58,069 bases of DNA from an uncultured Gammaproteobacteria bacterium (lineage in GTDB: Bacteria; Patescibacteriota; Microgenomatia; CAZETR01; Amesbacteraceae): NCBI GenBank assembly GCA_964633995.1, contig CAZWKN010000002.1, positions 179,119 to 237,187 on the forward strand, given 5' to 3'. Numbering within the stretch: the stretch's first letter is position 1; each line of letters opens with the position of its first letter. Below are positions 41,389-52,399 of the stretch, piece after piece. The translations under genes and the position numbers were made by a program. Below the pieces are notes generated by a model. That model searched no databases. It saw nothing but the letters and a program-made list of their open reading frames with translations, and was not told where the DNA came from.

Positions 41389-43197
41389 ATGCAGGACATT
41401 AGAAATATAGCCATCATTGCCCACGTTGACCACGGGAAAACCACCTTAGTAGATGGACTACTAAAACAAACTCACACGTTTCGAGATAACCAGGCTGAAA
41501 TGAACCAAACTACCATCCTGGATAGCAACGATCTGGAACGGGAACGGGGAATTACTATTTTGTCTAAAAATACGGCAGTGTTTTATAACGGAGTAAAGAT
41601 AAATATTATCGATACGCCGGGACATGCTGATTTTGGCGGTGAAGTGGAGCGAGTGTTGAACATGGCTGATGCTGCACTTTTGGTGGTAGACGCGGCCGAG
41701 GGGCCATTACCTCAAACTAAGTTTGTCTTACAAAAAGCCCTGGAGACTGGCCTAAAAATTATTTTGGTAGTAAACAAGATTGACAAAAAAGACGCCAGAC
41801 CAGAGGAGGTGCTGGCCGAAACAGAAGAATTGTTTTTAAAACTTGCCACATCCGACGCACATTTGGATTTTCCTGTCGTTTACGCAATTGGCCGCGAGGG
41901 ACGGGCGGGGCTCTCTCCTGACAAAATGGCAGACGATTTGTCCCCATTGTTTGACATGATCTTAAAAGTGGTTCCAAATGCCGTAATAGATGTGGACAAA
42001 CCTGTACAAATGCTTATTTCTACGCTTGATTTTGATAACCACTTGGGTAAGTTGGCCATCGGCCGAATCAGAAGAGGAAAATTAACCCTGGGTCAACGGA
42101 TTGCCTTGGTCACACCCGAACACAATTTTGGTTCATTTAGTGTAGACAAAATGTATACAAGTAAAGGAATTGCCCGTGAAGAAATAAAGGAGGCAGTGAG
42201 TGGAGATATTGTAGCTTTGGCTGGAATTAAAGGAGTTGAAATTGGTCAAACAGTAGCAGACACATCAGTGCCAGAAGCACTACCGATCATCTTGGTCGAA
42301 GAACCTACACTTAAAATGACCATCGGAGCCAATACATCACCATTTGCGGGCAGAGACGGTAAGTTTGTGACCAGCAGGCAGATAGGTGATCGGTTGTTTA
42401 AGGAAAAGGAAACTAATCTGGGGATGAGGTTTGCAGACCTAGGGGGCGGCGAATTTGAGGTGGCTGGTAGAGGGGAGCTGCATTTGGCGGTTTTGATTGA
42501 AAATATGCGCAGAGAAGGATATGAGATGCAGGTGTCCAAGCCACAAGTAATCATTAAGGGTGACCTGGAACCTTTTGATGAGGTTACGATAGACGTACCC
42601 GACGAGTATGTGGGGGCCGTGACCACAGAAATGGGCAAACGAAGAGGAGAAATGAAGGATATGGAAGCTGATGGAAATGGCGGAACTATGATTGCATATC
42701 TTATTTCCCAAAGGAATATGATCGGAGTTCGAAATACACTGCTAACAGCAACGAAAGGCACGGTGATATTTAATACGACGTTTGCCGGTTTTAAGCCAAT
42801 TGGACCAGTGGCTGAGCGACTTAGAAACGGAGCCATGGTGGCTCTGGAAACCGGAAAAGCGCTGAGTTACTCATTGGAAAGTGCTCAGGAGCGGGGAATT
42901 ACATTTGTCGATCCCGCGGAAGAGGTCTATGAAGGTATGGTAATAGGGCTTAATAGCCGTGAAAACGACATGGATATCAATGTGTGCAAAGGTAAACACT
43001 TAACCAACATGCGATCAGCTAGCGGAGATATCAAAATTGCACTAACGCCAGCCGTTAAACTGTCTTTGGAACAGGCGTTGGACTTTATTGAAGAGGACGA
43101 ACTACTGGAAGTAACCCCGCACTCTTTAAGAATAAGAAAGAGATACCTGACTAAGTTGGATAGGATTAGAGGCGAGAGGCGACAGAAGCCCAATTGA
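41389..43197 (+). CDS. typA: Translational GTPase TypA/BipA.
   Basis: [32 protein letters not shown] and NKID motifs with BipA-type C-terminal domains. I prefer ATG 41389, with GGAAGG 10 nt upstream, over the track GTG at 41365. Confidence 0.93.
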   Translation: MQDIRNIAIIAHVDHGKTTLVDGLLKQTHTFRDNQAEMNQTTILDSNDLERERGITILSKNTAVFYNGVKINIIDTPGHADFGGEVERVLNMADAALLVVDAAEGPLPQTKFVLQKALETGLKIILVVNKIDKKDARPEEVLAETEELFLKLATSDAHLDFPVVYAIGREGRAGLSPDKMADDLSPLFDMILKVVPNAVIDVDKPVQMLISTLDFDNHLGKLAIGRIRRGKLTLGQRIALVTPEHNFGSFSVDKMYTSKGIAREEIKEAVSGDIVALAGIKGVEIGQTVADTSVPEALPIILVEEPTLKMTIGANTSPFAGRDGKFVTSRQIGDRLFKEKETNLGMRFADLGGGEFEVAGRGELHLAVLIENMRREGYEMQVSKPQVIIKGDLEPFDEVTIDVPDEYVGAVTTEMGKRRGEMKDMEADGNGGTMIAYLISQRNMIGVRNTLLTATKGTVIFNTTFAGFKPIGPVAERLRNGAMVALETGKALSYSLESAQERGITFVDPAEEVYEGMVIGLNSRENDMDINVCKGKHLTNMRSASGDIKIALTPAVKLSLEQALDFIEEDELLEVTPHSLRIRKRYLTKLDRIRGERRQKPN

Positions 43198-43687
43198 TCA
43201 CATTCCACCAATTCTCGATATATTCTGCGCGGCGATTTTGATACTTGAGGTAGTAAGCGTGTTCCCAAACATCGAGACCCAATACTACCTTGCCTTCCGG
43301 AACGTCTTGATTTGGGGTATCGACTATTTCTAATTTACCGGCTTTTTGAACAAGCCATACCCATCCGGAACCAAAACGACCCATAGCTGCTGCGGTAAAT
43401 TGATCTTTGAGCTCGGTCGTAAAGAAAGCCGGAACTGGGCTTGGGGTTGGACTCATAAAAGTCCAGAACAATGAGTGATTTATGTGGCCACCGGCATTGT
43501 TTCTGACTTTGGGATTTTCGTGTTTGAGAAGTGAAACCAAACCGGATTCGGTCATATCCGGTACCAGATCGTTGAGTACCTTGACGTAGGCTGCGTGGTG
43601 CTTGTCGTGATGTATTTGCATGGTGGCAGTATCGATAAACGGCTCCAGAGCATCGTAAGCGAATGGGAGATCCGGAAGGGTAAACAT
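43166..43687 (-). CDS. sodA: Superoxide dismutase, Mn-type by signature residues.
   Basis: [35 protein letters not shown] and DVWEHAYYL motifs. Confidence 0.9.
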   Translation of the reverse strand: MFTLPDLPFAYDALEPFIDTATMQIHHDKHHAAYVKVLNDLVPDMTESGLVSLLKHENPKVRNNAGGHINHSLFWTFMSPTPSPVPAFFTTELKDQFTAAAMGRFGSGWVWLVQKAGKLEIVDTPNQDVPEGKVVLGLDVWEHAYYLKYQNRRAEYIENWWNVINWASVASRL

Positions 43688-43688
43688 G

Positions 43689-46157
43689 TTAGTTTATTAA
43701 GTCTACAGTATAGTGCGATTTTTTGCTTTGGGGAATTAATTTGAACACCGATCCGGAAACTAAGGTATTTTTTAGAATTGCCTTACCTATAATATCCCCT
43801 ATTTCTACATCCACGATGCGGCGCATAGGCCGGGCACCAAACTCTGGTTCAAAACCATCTTCTGCCAGTTTGGCACAAACGTCATCGGTAATTTGAAGGC
43901 TGATATTTTGATCCTTTAATTTGGCCGCCAATTCTTGTAAAAGCAGGGAGGCTATGTGCTTTAGATCTGGCTTGGACAGTGGCGTAAAAACAACAACCCC
44001 ATCAAAACGATTAAGAAATTCTGGAGAAAAAGTATGATTTTTCTGAACATAGTCCAGAACTTCTGTTTGTAATTTTTCCCCTTCTACACCTTTTATTACC
44101 GATTGGCGAATATACTCAGATCCGGCATTTGAGGTGGCAATGACAAAAAGATGGCGGGCGCTTATTTTTCTGTCGAAAGCATCGACGATATAACCTTCGT
44201 CTAGCAAATTGAGAAACAGGTTAAATATTTCCGGAGGAGCTTTTTCTATTTCATCCAAGAGCAATATGCTCGATGGTTTATTTTTGATTGCCGTGGTTAA
44301 CGCACCGGGAAAATTTTTTCCTACTGAACCTATTAATCTGGCCAGGCCTTCATCACCGGTGTATTCGGCCATATCAAAACGAATGATGTTTTTTTCACTC
44401 CCATAATAAACCTGAGATAACACTTTGGCGGTTTGAGTTTTTCCTACCCCGGTTGGGCCTAAAAATAGAAAGGAGCCTATGGGGCGCGATTCATCTTTTG
44501 CCCCCACGCTTCGTGACCGCAGACTTTTGGCAATTTGCGAGATGGCTATTTCCTGACCTATTAATTTTGTGTGTAACACTTCTTCCAAGTTGCCTAGTAT
44601 TTCTTTTTCTTTTTCGGTAAGCCTGGCAAGTGCAATTCCAGTCTGATCCGCTAAGACTGAATCGACGTCGTCGGGAAAAATGGTATTTTTGTCTTTGCGT
44701 TCGATTAAACTAATTGTCCTGTCTAACACTTCCAAAGCTTTTTCCGGAAAAGGTGTTTCGGTGATATATTTATCGCTACCCTCGATAATCTCGGTAAGAG
44801 CTTGGGTTGTTACAGTGATCTTTTTGGAAATTTCCCAATCGTCTGCCGAATTGGTGAGAATTTCCAGGGCTACATCTTTGGATGGTGGGACGACCTCGAT
44901 GGCTTCAAAATGTTTTCTAAGTCTGGAATTGGAAAATAAAAAGCGCTCATAGTCCTCTTGGGAAGAAACGGCGATTATTTTTAGATTTCCGGATTCCAAA
45001 TGTTTCTCAAATACATCGGTAAAATCCAAACCCTCGACATCGCGCGACGTAAGTCTGTGTAAATCTTTGATAACCAAGATCACGTTTCCGGCCTGTGATG
45101 CTTCGGAAAGCAAGACCGACAAGTTGGCCTTTTTTTGACTTATGTCCATAGACTGGGACATCAAAAAGGTGTAATCCAGTTCCAAAACACGTTTGTAAAT
45201 CAGGCCTTTGCCCAAATCCCCATTCATCGCCCTCTTGGCAAACTCTAGAACTACCGTCTTTTTCCCTACGCCCGGAAGACCGGTTAAAACTATACTAGAA
45301 CCACTCGATAAGGCTCGTTCCATGCGGACAACCAACTGTTCCCGTCCTACGAGGTGGTGCGAAAATGGTTGAGGCTTACTCAGGTCGTCAACATATTTAT
45401 TTAATTCGGGTGTATAGCCGAAAAGTAGTTCCGTACCAATTCCGGGACCACTAAAGCGAATGTCTGCTATACCCCCAAGGAATGAATCTACATGTCTGGC
45501 ATCCCATCTTTTGGCGGTTAACCTAAGATCTTTGTAGTTGATGTTTATTTTTTTGAGTGTAGTTTCTGGCCACACTTCGGGCGTAAGACAGGTTTCGACA
45601 AGGTCGGAAAACGTACTGATTTTGTCTTGTGAGAACTTGGGAATAGGGCCATTTGCAAGCGCGGAAAAATCCGACGGTGATATAGCGAGGTGATTTAGTA
45701 AAAATTTTCCTGGGAGGGACTTAAGCAGCAACATTAATCTAGATGAATCGGTAGCTGCATTTAGGGAAGTAACTAATTTTTGTAGCTGCCTAAAGGCGTA
45801 GTGGTCGGAAAATAAAAACGTCGGGAGGCCCAATGGAGGACAAATCAGCCATAAAAACAGACAGAATAATCCTATGGCAAACGCCAGCGACAAGTGGATT
45901 ATTCCCGCAACAAAAACAAGAGACCTGACAATAGCTCCGATCAACCTGGAAATAAGATTGAAGGTAAATTGCTCCAGGAGCTTTTCGGGGTGAAAGCCTG
46001 GTTGTTCAGAGTTGTCTACCAGCCTTTTCCAAGGTGAAAAAAGAGTAAAAGGCAGCAGACTTAATGAGTAGTAATGAACTATCCCTCCTAAAATCTGATA
46101 CCATTTGAGTAGAAATGTTCGCACACCACGTGTATAGTGCCAAAGCAGGAAGTGCAT
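43689..46157 (-). CDS. Membrane-anchored two-ring Clp/Hsp100-like AAA+ ATPase with a degenerate first nucleotide-binding domain.
   Basis: N-terminal ~115 aa are hydrophobic (TM helices). D1 Walker A is GLPGVGKKT (hand-verified at 45255-45281) and the Walker B position reads LVIKDLH. D2 is canonical: [35 protein letters not shown]. Confidence 0.8.
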   Translation of the reverse strand: MHFLLWHYTRGVRTFLLKWYQILGGIVHYYSLSLLPFTLFSPWKRLVDNSEQPGFHPEKLLEQFTFNLISRLIGAIVRSLVFVAGIIHLSLAFAIGLFCLFLWLICPPLGLPTFLFSDHYAFRQLQKLVTSLNAATDSSRLMLLLKSLPGKFLLNHLAISPSDFSALANGPIPKFSQDKISTFSDLVETCLTPEVWPETTLKKININYKDLRLTAKRWDARHVDSFLGGIADIRFSGPGIGTELLFGYTPELNKYVDDLSKPQPFSHHLVGREQLVVRMERALSSGSSIVLTGLPGVGKKTVVLEFAKRAMNGDLGKGLIYKRVLELDYTFLMSQSMDISQKKANLSVLLSEASQAGNVILVIKDLHRLTSRDVEGLDFTDVFEKHLESGNLKIIAVSSQEDYERFLFSNSRLRKHFEAIEVVPPSKDVALEILTNSADDWEISKKITVTTQALTEIIEGSDKYITETPFPEKALEVLDRTISLIERKDKNTIFPDDVDSVLADQTGIALARLTEKEKEILGNLEEVLHTKLIGQEIAISQIAKSLRSRSVGAKDESRPIGSFLFLGPTGVGKTQTAKVLSQVYYGSEKNIIRFDMAEYTGDEGLARLIGSVGKNFPGALTTAIKNKPSSILLLDEIEKAPPEIFNLFLNLLDEGYIVDAFDRKISARHLFVIATSNAGSEYIRQSVIKGVEGEKLQTEVLDYVQKNHTFSPEFLNRFDGVVVFTPLSKPDLKHIASLLLQELAAKLKDQNISLQITDDVCAKLAEDGFEPEFGARPMRRIVDVEIGDIIGKAILKNTLVSGSVFKLIPQSKKSHYTVDLIN

Positions 46158-46902
46158 GATTAAGATTATATATTACACATTCTTCTTTGGGTATTTTATT
46201 TATTGCTATCTAAAGAAGAGGATTGCCCTGAAGTGGCAGTTTATCTTGGGTGCGGTGTTTTTACATGCTTACTATTTCTTTGGACTGAATGGTCTGGTAT
46301 TTTTATTGATGGCCGCAATGATCACTACTACGGCCGAATTGCTAAGCCTAACAACCAGATTTAATTTTTTTGGGGTGGGATATAAATATAATTTACAATC
46401 AAAATTTTTCCCTTCAAGAATTGTCTTAATGAATGTGTACCCACTGGATGTGACAGCTGCGTGGGTTTTGTTAAAGTATTTGGCTTTTTTTGTCAGTCAA
46501 ATGATATGCAAACAAGCAGGCATCCCAGTTTTATTGAGCGCGGTGCTTACTGCCAGTATTTTGGTGTCGTTTGATTTATTAATCGATCCAGTTGCCGTCG
46601 GCTCCGGTGCTTGGAAATGGGCCAAAACGGGATGGTTGTTTGGAATCCCCTGGCAAAATTTTTTGGGATGGTGGATGGTGGGATTGCTTATTTCATTGGT
46701 GCCAATTAATTTGCCATTTGTAAATCCTATGGATTTTATTATGGGGGCAGCGGTATTGTTTGTGATGGCAGTATTTCCGATTAGTTATGGCAAAAAACTG
46801 ATGAGAAGAAACAAAATCCAAGGTATTTTGGCCATATTACCCATTTGTTTCTTCATTGCCTGGGGAGCATTGACACTACTCTCACACTACAGAGTATGGT
46901 AG
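46156..46902 (+). CDS. Polytopic membrane protein, possibly the carotenoid-biosynthesis-protein/DUF422 family.
   Basis: 248 aa with multiple TM helices. DLLIDPVAVGSGAWKW..GIPWQNFLGWW resembles PF04240-type motifs from memory. The start codon shares CATG with the divergent AAA+ gene. Confidence 0.4.
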   Translation: MIKIIYYTFFFGYFIYCYLKKRIALKWQFILGAVFLHAYYFFGLNGLVFLLMAAMITTTAELLSLTTRFNFFGVGYKYNLQSKFFPSRIVLMNVYPLDVTAAWVLLKYLAFFVSQMICKQAGIPVLLSAVLTASILVSFDLLIDPVAVGSGAWKWAKTGWLFGIPWQNFLGWWMVGLLISLVPINLPFVNPMDFIMGAAVLFVMAVFPISYGKKLMRRNKIQGILAILPICFFIAWGALTLLSHYRVW

Positions 46903-46972
46903 TTAGATAGTTTCGTGTTTGTATGAATACGTTCAGGGCTTTACGGAAGTACGGATTTCCTGGGGAGTGACT

Positions 46973-47419
46973 TTAAGCTCCGGGGTGGCGAATCTTACTA
47001 AGCTTAGGTCCGGATATTAATCTCATTAGTCTCTCTTTTTCTTCCAACAATAAAGCAGTGAATTCCTCTTCTTCGTCTAACCGTTTAATCCAAACCCGAG
47101 CTTGGTCTTCGGCGTCGGTGGCCTTTCGTATTACTTGGATAAATTTCATAATATCTTCATCTGTTGCGATTCTGGTGCCATATTTTTCCCCACCACCACC
47201 CCCTACCGCTGGTTCTGTAAACACCTCAAGTCCTTTACCATTGTAATCTTCCATTTGAGCTACCCATGTTATAAACCATTGCTCGCCCTCGACTGGCTCT
47301 TTATCGACAAAATACAAAGCTGCCTGGTCAATTTCCCCACTTGAGGTCAATCGTTCATGAAACAATAACTGCCCAACTTTTGGCTTCAATGACGAATTCA
47401 TTGCTTGATTATATGCCAA
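46973..47419 (-). CDS. Acidic cytoplasmic protein; function unknown.
   Basis: 148-aa ORF with a GGGGGE loop and a Glu-rich C-terminal helix. TTG start in the track; ATG alternative at 47401. Confidence 0.45.
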   Translation of the reverse strand: MAYNQAMNSSLKPKVGQLLFHERLTSSGEIDQAALYFVDKEPVEGEQWFITWVAQMEDYNGKGLEVFTEPAVGGGGGEKYGTRIATDEDIMKFIQVIRKATDAEDQARVWIKRLDEEEEFTALLLEEKERLMRLISGPKLSKIRHPGA

Positions 47420-47500
47420 GGACTAGGATTGCGCGAGTTAATTAGGCCAGTGGCGCCTTATGAGAGGTTAGCTAAATAGGGTACCACATAAAATACTTGA

Positions 47501-48304
47501 TTATGGACTCCAAAACTGATTTGTCATGTGAATGAGGTACCATTTGTTATCAGATTCAGTAAAAATTAAATGTAGACTTGCTCCATCATGATAAGCATAC
47601 TCATCGGTTCCGGGAAAATAATACTCAACTTCGATTGTTTTATCATCAAAATAATCGTCTAGACAATTACTACCGCTTCCTGTCCACTCTCTGTACTCAT
47701 TAAAATGTACTTCAGGGGAATTGGCAAAATCGTGATCGTACAGATCTTGGTAAAGAAATTTGCTTATTGTCTTTTTTACTGGAAGTCCAGAGGCATAAGG
47801 TCTACCCCACATATAAACAGTGTTGTCGTTAGGGATATTTTTTATTTCCTGGGGTGTGAAAGTTTGTGCGTCACTTGGATTAAAGCATACTCCGGCAGTA
47901 AGGGATAATCCTTCATAAGGTCTTACGTATTTTGATAGTGTTAGAAAATCCTTTGTTTTAATCGCATTTATTACTTTGGAAGCGGTTTCTGAAATCATAG
48001 CTTGAGCCGCCTCCGGGGAATACATTCTCGTCGATTGTGTTAAAGGGGGATACGGCGTGGGCGATTTCGGCAGGATTTGCTTTACGCCTGGAGTAATATT
48101 TTTTGGCGAAACCGATGTTGATGAAGATTGAATTGTATTCTTGGGAATTAATGATCGTGGATATCTTTGACCCAGCAAGAAACCCGCAAAAGGTAGGGTA
48201 ATAAACAGAATGACGGCAATGAATTTTGAAAGTGGGGTAATTGTGGTTAGAAAGGTTAGCGATTTTTTTGGGGTGGTTTGAATCTGTGTCAATGGTTCGT
48301 TCAT
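47501..48304 (-). CDS. N-terminally anchored extracytoplasmic protein; function unknown.
   Basis: 267-aa ORF with TM helix FIAVILFITLPFAGFLLG, then a Ser/Pro-rich stretch and a globular domain. Confidence 0.5.
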   Translation of the reverse strand: MNEPLTQIQTTPKKSLTFLTTITPLSKFIAVILFITLPFAGFLLGQRYPRSLIPKNTIQSSSTSVSPKNITPGVKQILPKSPTPYPPLTQSTRMYSPEAAQAMISETASKVINAIKTKDFLTLSKYVRPYEGLSLTAGVCFNPSDAQTFTPQEIKNIPNDNTVYMWGRPYASGLPVKKTISKFLYQDLYDHDFANSPEVHFNEYREWTGSGSNCLDDYFDDKTIEVEYYFPGTDEYAYHDGASLHLIFTESDNKWYLIHMTNQFWSP

Positions 48305-48374
48305 GCTCTAAGTATACATTCCCTTAATAAATCAAGTGATAATTTTTGGGGTGGCATTGATGTATGATTTCCCG

Positions 48375-48722
48375 CTATGGTCGCGTGAAAAGTGACGCAA
48401 GATACTGTCTTCGAAGATACTCTGCTAGGGTAATTGACGCTATGCCTAAAATCAAAAGCAAATAATTTATTTTTATTTTTTTGTAGTGGAGGTTTTGATT
48501 TACGGGAACATCGCCACTGATCAGGCGTAGAGGAATCTCGATCAGCAACCAAGTTATTATTTTGAACAAATTATTAGTAGTTTTCATTTTTATATACTTG
48601 TAAATATTGCCGGAGAAGCGTTGTAGTTTGGCTGTGATTTTTCCCGGAATATTGCTAGAAAATATTATGAATATAATACCGATAACTTCGAATAAATACC
48701 ATCTGTCCTCGAAACTGATCAT
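48375..48722 (-). CDS. Possible small membrane protein in an AT-rich region.
   Basis: 115-aa ORF with two hydrophobic segments and no recognisable motifs. It overlaps another ORF of similar size, so the call is weak. Confidence 0.3.
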   Translation of the reverse strand: MISFEDRWYLFEVIGIIFIIFSSNIPGKITAKLQRFSGNIYKYIKMKTTNNLFKIITWLLIEIPLRLISGDVPVNQNLHYKKIKINYLLLILGIASITLAEYLRRQYLASLFTRP

Positions 48723-48885
48723 TGGGTCTATGATAGCATGAATTGATTTGGTTGTTTTCTAATATATGGTTAAAAATTATTTATCCTGCTCACTGGAAGT
48801 GGGGGTTTTTAGCTGACGTTAGATTCAATTTGGAAAATGACATCGCTTGTCCGACTTCACTGAAGCTTCGCCGGACTGCGAAGTG

Positions 48886-51675
48886 TCAATTTGGATAGTG
48901 ACACTTCTTGTATTTTTTGCCGCTGCCGCACCAGCAGGGATCGTTGCGGCCGAGATCTTTGTGAGATTTTTCTACCCCACCTTTTTTTAGACTCTGCATT
49001 GCAGAAAGAAAATCCCCAGAAACCGCCTTTGGTTTCCCCTTAAAAAACGGAAGTTTTTGGAACGTGGACCCTCCTTGAGCTGGAATTTTTTCAGCTGGCG
49101 ATGGCGGTCCGGGCATATCGAAATCGGGCTTAATTTCGATTGCATTCGGAGTTCGAGTGGGCTGATTTATGTCCCCCATTCTAAGTAGGCGCCTGCTAAA
49201 TTCCGAATCAATTTGGGTAACTAAACGTTCAAACATGGAGAAGGCCTCGGCCTTGTATTCAACCAATGGATCTCGTTGGCCATAACCACGCAAACCAATA
49301 CCAGATCTTAGATCATCTATTGAGTCCAAATGTTCCACCCATAAATTATCAATTGACGACAGATAGGCGTATTTTTTTATCTTGGACCACGATTCATCTC
49401 CAACTTGTGATTTGCGTTGTGATAAAGCATCGGAAACGATGCCATTGGTGAGTTTAATAATTTCGGAAGCGGTACCCATTTGTCTAAACTGCATGGCCAG
49501 GGCCGATTGAGAGTTATCATCAAATGGCACAATTTCCACCAAAGAATTGACAATGGGAGTAACCTCCTGATCTACAATACCTTTGGGCGCGTAGACATTG
49601 ATTGTATTTTTAATTAGGTTTTGGAGTTTGGTGATGATTTCTCCTTCAGAAATTTCGTCATGTAACACCCGGTGGCGAAGTCCATAAACAATTTCACGCT
49701 GCTTGTTCATCACGTCATCGTATTCGACCACATTTTTTCGGGCGTCAAAATTAAAGCCTTCAACCTTGATCTGCGCTTGCTCGATAGCCCTAGATACCAT
49801 GGAATGAGCTATGGGCTCGTCCTCGGGGATTTTGAGAAAATTCATGATCTTGGCCACTTGCTCACCTCCAAAAATACGCATGATTTCATCGTCCAAAGCC
49901 AAATAAAACCTGGTCGAACCCGGATCGCCCTGACGGCCGCTGCGACCACGTAGTTGATTATCGATCCGCCTTGATTCGTGACGTTCGGTACCTATGACAT
50001 GTAGACCCCCAAGACCTACCACTTCGTCGTGAAGTTTTTGCCAACGGGCCAACTCTTTGACATATTGAGCATCGGTAAGTTTGTCTTTACCCAAGACGAA
50101 TTTGGGGTTTGGAGGAGGAGTACCGCCTAAGATGATATCCACACCACGACCGGCGATGTTGGTAGCGATAGTAACAGCTGACTTGCGACCTGCTTCTGAA
50201 ATAATTTGGGCTTCTTTTTCGTGATTTTTTGCATTGAGCAACTGGTGTGGAACTCCTTTTTGTGTAAGCAATTTCGAAAGAGTTTCGTTTTTTTCTATAG
50301 AGGTAGTACCCACCAAAACCGGTTGGCCGGTTTTGTGAAGTGCAGCAATTTCTGCCGCCAATGCCGAGTATTTGGCATGAGTGGTTTTATAAATAACGTC
50401 GGCGTGATCGATTCTGACATTGGGACGATTGGTGGGAATAATCACAACTTCAAGTTTGTAAATTTTGTTCAATTCCTCGGCCTCGGTCGCCGCTGTACCT
50501 GTCATACCCGCCAGTTTGGTATACATCCTGAAATAATTTTGAAACGAAATGGTAGCCATGGTCTTGGACTCCTGCTGAATGGGTACATTTTCTTTGGCTT
50601 CGACGGCCTGGTGCATACCATCCGACCATCGCCTGCCTGGCATGAGCCTTCCCGTAAACTCGTCTACGATAATTACTTCATTGCCCCGAATAATGTAGTC
50701 TTTATCCAGATGAAAAAGTGACCGGGCCTTGAGGGCGTTTTCCAAATGGTGAATTGTATCAAAATCCTTCTCATAGAGGTTGTCCAAGCCCAAAAGTTTT
50801 TCCACCGACTTGATACCATCTTCTGTTAAGTTTGCCGTTCTATGCTTTTCGTCCATGACGTAGTCTTTTTCGGGAGAAAGCCTGGCGACTATTTTGGCAA
50901 AGTCGTAGTATTTCTGAGTCGGCTCGGTGTCCGGCATGGAGATAATAAGCGGTGTACGGGCTTCGTCAATAAGAATCGAATCAACTTCGTCGACAATAGC
51001 GAAATGATGACCTCGTTGAACCATTTCAGAGGTTTCACCCACCATATTGTCCCGTAAATAATCAAAACCAAATTCGTTGTTGGTCCCATAGGTGATATCC
51101 GCTGCATAGGCTTGGGCCCTAGTACAAGGTTTAAGGTGAGCTAAACGGTCATCGCCATGACTGGGATCAAAGTACGAGGGGTCGTATAAAAAAGATGCTT
51201 CATGTACTATCACCCCGACAGATAAACCCAGTAAATTAAAGGTCGGACCATTCCAACCTGCGTCACGACGGGCCAGGTAATCGTTTACTGTTACTAAATG
51301 GGCCCCTTTACCAGTCAGGGCGTTTAGGTAAAGAGCTGGAATGGCAGATAAGGTTTTGCCTTCGCCGGTTTTTTGCTCGGACACTTTACCTTCGTGAAAC
51401 GCAACACCAGCCATGAGTTGGACATCGTAAGGCCGGAGGCCAATGGCCGTTTTTGAGGCTTCTCTAACCAGGGCAAACGCCTCTGGAAGCAGATCGTCTA
51501 AAGTTTGACCTCCAGCTAAACGGGCCTTAAAATCTGCCGTAAACGAAGCGTAGTCGGCCGGTTTTTTGAGATGGGAAAATTTGTCCGTTTGGGAATTGAT
51601 GGCATCAACACGCCCCTGAAGACGGGTGACTTCTTTTTGGTTGACGTCTAAAAATTTGGTAAGAAATTTAAACAT
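48886..51675 (-). CDS. secA: Preprotein translocase ATPase SecA.
   Basis: MFKFLTKFLD.., DEAD-like motor motifs (GEGKTL, IVDEVDSILIDEARTPLIIS), and the C-terminal zinc-binding tail CWCGSGKKYKKCH. Confidence 0.97.
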   Translation of the reverse strand: MFKFLTKFLDVNQKEVTRLQGRVDAINSQTDKFSHLKKPADYASFTADFKARLAGGQTLDDLLPEAFALVREASKTAIGLRPYDVQLMAGVAFHEGKVSEQKTGEGKTLSAIPALYLNALTGKGAHLVTVNDYLARRDAGWNGPTFNLLGLSVGVIVHEASFLYDPSYFDPSHGDDRLAHLKPCTRAQAYAADITYGTNNEFGFDYLRDNMVGETSEMVQRGHHFAIVDEVDSILIDEARTPLIISMPDTEPTQKYYDFAKIVARLSPEKDYVMDEKHRTANLTEDGIKSVEKLLGLDNLYEKDFDTIHHLENALKARSLFHLDKDYIIRGNEVIIVDEFTGRLMPGRRWSDGMHQAVEAKENVPIQQESKTMATISFQNYFRMYTKLAGMTGTAATEAEELNKIYKLEVVIIPTNRPNVRIDHADVIYKTTHAKYSALAAEIAALHKTGQPVLVGTTSIEKNETLSKLLTQKGVPHQLLNAKNHEKEAQIISEAGRKSAVTIATNIAGRGVDIILGGTPPPNPKFVLGKDKLTDAQYVKELARWQKLHDEVVGLGGLHVIGTERHESRRIDNQLRGRSGRQGDPGSTRFYLALDDEIMRIFGGEQVAKIMNFLKIPEDEPIAHSMVSRAIEQAQIKVEGFNFDARKNVVEYDDVMNKQREIVYGLRHRVLHDEISEGEIITKLQNLIKNTINVYAPKGIVDQEVTPIVNSLVEIVPFDDNSQSALAMQFRQMGTASEIIKLTNGIVSDALSQRKSQVGDESWSKIKKYAYLSSIDNLWVEHLDSIDDLRSGIGLRGYGQRDPLVEYKAEAFSMFERLVTQIDSEFSRRLLRMGDINQPTRTPNAIEIKPDFDMPGPPSPAEKIPAQGGSTFQKLPFFKGKPKAVSGDFLSAMQSLKKGGVEKSHKDLGRNDPCWCGSGKKYKKCHYPN

Positions 51676-51694
51676 ATTTAAAACCTCACCCCTG

Positions 51695-51720
51695 CCCCTC
51701 TCCTCAATTTAGGAGAGGGG
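51695..51720 (-). promoter_or_regulatory. Perfect 9-bp GC-rich stem-loop (CCCCTCTCC-8 nt-GGAGAGGGG) in the secA 5' leader.
   Basis: Read directly. On the minus strand it is followed by CAGGGGTGAGG (SD-like) and then the secA ATG. A TATAAT lies upstream at 51748-51743, without a convincing -35. Confidence 0.5.
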
Positions 51721-51753
51721 AATCTTAGCAGTTAGTTTTATTATTATAACTTG

Positions 51754-52386
51754 TTAAGAGCAAATTAGCAGCAAGTTGGCGAGACTGCGAACCAACGATA
51801 CTTTGGGGTAAATCGTCGAAAGGGTTTTTACCAATTCTTCGGCTGTATGTTTGTTTTGTGATGAATAAAAAAGATGGTTAACAACAACTATCGGTGCCAA
51901 TTTTTTAAGTGCCGACAAAAAAGCAGTCGAGTAAACAAAGGCGGGAAGCAGCTCACCTATATAAATATCTACTAAGACATAATCAAATTTTTCTTTTGTT
52001 TTTTTTGCATAGGTATTGGCATCGGTATTAATAATGGTCAGGCCGGGAATCTGATCAGTATGAAAGTATTTTTTTCCGACATTAATCATCACCGGGTCAA
52101 TTTCTATACCTGTCATATGTAACGGCCGATAATTATCACTTAACATCTGGAGCAGGGTGCCACCCGCGACACCAAACACAAGCCAGGACTTGTTTGGTTG
52201 GGCAATTTTTTTTAATACCGGACGCCAGACATCTTTAACAATGCCTCCGCTTTGAGTGACATTGGCATCGTCGGTGTGAATATATGTGTAACCCCACCCT
52301 TGTTTTACAATGACTCTACGGTTATATTTTGATGGTAGGTCAGCCAGAACTTTTGGTCTAAGTGAATCCAGAAATTTTGAAAACAT
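51754..52386 (-). CDS. Spermidine-synthase-like class I methyltransferase-fold protein.
   Basis: FGVAGGTLLQML..TGIEIDPVMINVGKKYF..IINTDANTY..FDYVLVDIY matches the spermidine synthase-like fold. First ATG is at 52386; the track start at 52389 is TTG. Confidence 0.55.
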   Translation of the reverse strand: MFSKFLDSLRPKVLADLPSKYNRRVIVKQGWGYTYIHTDDANVTQSGGIVKDVWRPVLKKIAQPNKSWLVFGVAGGTLLQMLSDNYRPLHMTGIEIDPVMINVGKKYFHTDQIPGLTIINTDANTYAKKTKEKFDYVLVDIYIGELLPAFVYSTAFLSALKKLAPIVVVNHLFYSSQNKHTAEELVKTLSTIYPKVSLVRSLANLLLICS

Positions 52387-52399
52387 CAAGCAATTATAT

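Noticed and set aside
48839-48885. Clean intrinsic terminator after secA.
   Set aside because: Hairpins are present (cttcgc-cggact-gcgaag, and gtccg..cggac), but the trailing U-run on the minus strand is weak (AUUUUCC). I left it as a repeat-related structured 3' region rather than a called terminator.
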